This document shows, piece after piece, positions 61,316-64,000 of a stretch of 64,000 bases of DNA. This DNA is from the human T2T-CHM13v2.0 reference genome, Homo sapiens. Each line of letters starts with the position of its first letter. The stretch's first letter is position 1. The position numbers were made by a program, and so were the translations under genes. The notes beneath the pieces are model-generated. The model saw only the letters and a list, made by a program, of their open reading frames with translations. It made no database searches and was not told the DNA's origin. Where the stretch lies: assembly GCF_009914755.1 (NCBI RefSeq), contig NC_060940.1. One strand, written 5' to 3'.

Positions 61316-62562
61316 CCAGAACTGGAGGAGAGACTGACCTGCCTAGGGGGTTTGAGGGAAGACTGTGGCTTGGCCTGTGGTGGTCACTGTTGGGAGCCTG
61401 TCTGGCTGCAGGACTACTCCCCACCTGGGCCCTGGACTGTGGGAAGTGACCCCTGCGGGCATTTTGCCCAGTGGCCATCCTGGCTGTCCTTTTCCCCACC
61501 ATGCCCTCCTCAGAGGCGTCTCCCTGGCTTCGCTGCCTGGCGCTGCTTGCCACGCCTCCTTGCAGGCCTCCATGAAGAGTGAGTGAGCGCCCGCTGCTCC
61601 AGATCCCCTCTGTGCTGGCCCCAGGCCGGCCTTGAGTCAGTCTCTTGCTGTCTGCAGGGTGCACCTGTCCACCTCCCCTCGAGGTATCCCAATGTCTGGA
61701 GAACAGGGGCCGAATGTCTTTTCCATCCTCTGAGAGCTAAGCATAATGCCACCGTGTCTTCAGTAGGGTGTTAATAACTGAGGAAGGTAATTTAGAAGAA
61801 TTCACCTGGTGCTTCTCATAAAGAGTTGGTCTCTGGGAAAATTCTAGAGTCAAGTGGTCTGGAGTATATGCCTTTAGACTCAACAGTGTATCTCATGATA
61901 TTTTTAAGTTCTATTTTCAGATGTTGTGATAACCTACAACTTTCTGTTAAATGTTAGTCATTCTGATGAGTAAAAAGTTCAGAATGGTTGTTGGGTAGGG
62001 AGAGAGAAGGCACAAGGGTCTTCAGTGGGATTGGGAAGGTATTATTTCTTGAGGCAGGTTGTGGTAAAAGGTATTTGTTTTAATCGTTTTTAATAACTTT
62101 TGTGTATGTTTTGATATTTAGTATTTGATCAAACTCCAAGCAACTGGATTCATGGCCATTGTGAGCTTGCACTTTGCAGCAGGAGAGCTGACTGCATCTG
62201 TGACGGCTCGGACGGCCTGGGACGGTCGTTTCTTTTCTGAGACAGGGTCGTTCTCTGTCACCCAGGCTGGAGCACAGTGGCGCGATCACGGCTCACTGCA
62301 GCTTCAACCTCCCGCCTCAGCCTCCCAAGTAGCTGGGACCACAGGCGTGCACCGTTGTGCCCAGGTCTAAGTGTTTCGATTTAGAAATGGTTTCCTCTTA
62401 GGTGGGAACCACTCCTGCTCCTCACTGAAGTGACCTCAGCGAATGAAGTGTGGGTGACCTCGAACAGCACAGCGTTAGTCTTTGTCTCTGATAACGTCAG
62501 GGAAGAATTGGAGGAAGTGCAGGATCTTCTGTGCAGGACGCTGCCCCTCCCCGTCCAGCTGA

Positions 62563-62990
<428 letters not shown>

Positions 62991-63104
62991 TGTTGCCATC
63001 CTTTTGGATACCTGTGATTGAGGGCATGCTTCTTTCTCATGCAGGGACCTCAGCCTATTGATTTGCATTTATTTGGTTGCCTTTGTTTTTGTTTTTGTTT
63101 TTGA

Positions 63105-63320
<216 letters not shown>

Positions 63321-64000
63321 TGATCTGCCCACCTTGACCTCCCAAAGTGCTGGGATTACAGGCGTGAGCCATCGTGCCCAGCCAGATCTGGTAACTTTAG
63401 ATTCCAAGAGTGCGTCAGAACATGTGCTTGGAGCAATTTAACCCAGGGTAATGTGTGGACCAGTGATTAGGAAAGTGGTCTGGGGTTGGTGTGGCCCACC
63501 CCCGGGTCTGGAAATGACCGTGGCCTCCACCAGAGCTTCTGCCCCTTTGCTGGGTTACTCAGGATTCAGAATGCTTTTTCCTTTTCTTTTGCTTTTTTTT
63601 TTTTTTTTTTGGAGACAGAGTCTCCCTCTGTCTCATCCAGGCTGAGATGCAGGGGTGTGTGTGATGTCGGCTCACTGCAGCCTTGATCTCCTGGGCTCAG
63701 GTGATCTACCCACCTCAGCCTCCCCTGTAGCTGGGATGGCAGGCGCGCACCACCACACTTGGCTAATTTTTAAATTTTTTGTTTTTTTGGAGAGATGAGG
63801 TCTCACTATATTGCCCAGGCTGGTCTTGAACTCCTGGCCTCAAGTGATCCTTACACCTTGGCCTTCCAAAGTGCCAGATCACAGGCGTCAGCCACCACGC
63901 CTGGCGCTGTCTTGCTATTTTTAAAAACAGGAAACCTTGTTCTTAAAATACACCATGGCTAAGTGCAGAAGACGGTGCTCATTCACGTAAATCCTCTGGT

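Overview
Human (hominid) genomic DNA, recognisable as chr16q24.3. The left 29 kb is the 5' end of ANKRD11 on the minus strand: a non-coding exon 1 at ~28898-29214 in a CpG island, with intron 1 running off the left edge. An ~18 kb Alu-rich spacer follows. SPG7 (paraplegin, the mitochondrial m-AAA protease subunit) then starts on the plus strand, with coding exons 1-4 (c.1-618) at 47059-47241, 49131-49233, 51589-51678 and 62645-62886. All four have canonical GT-AG sites and join into one open frame. The rest is mostly transposon-derived: dozens of Alus (one AluYa5), a full-length SVA, MLT1/MER21 LTRs, MER58/MER5/Tigger DNA elements and old L1/L2/MIR fragments, plus several small VNTRs. Almost all ORFs in the supplied track are Alu/SVA or GC-rich artefacts. 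I found no new protein-coding or CRISPR-like system. The best leads are regulatory: a latent poison pseudoexon in SPG7 intron 2; a route from the ANKRD11 bidirectional promoter to a presequence-less paraplegin starting at Met137; uORFs in ANKRD11 exon 1; tandem repeats that multiply 5' splice sites or TF motifs; a (CG)10 Z-DNA tract; and an AluY whose A-box is replaced by a G4-like patch. Repeat family names and boundaries are by eye and approximate.
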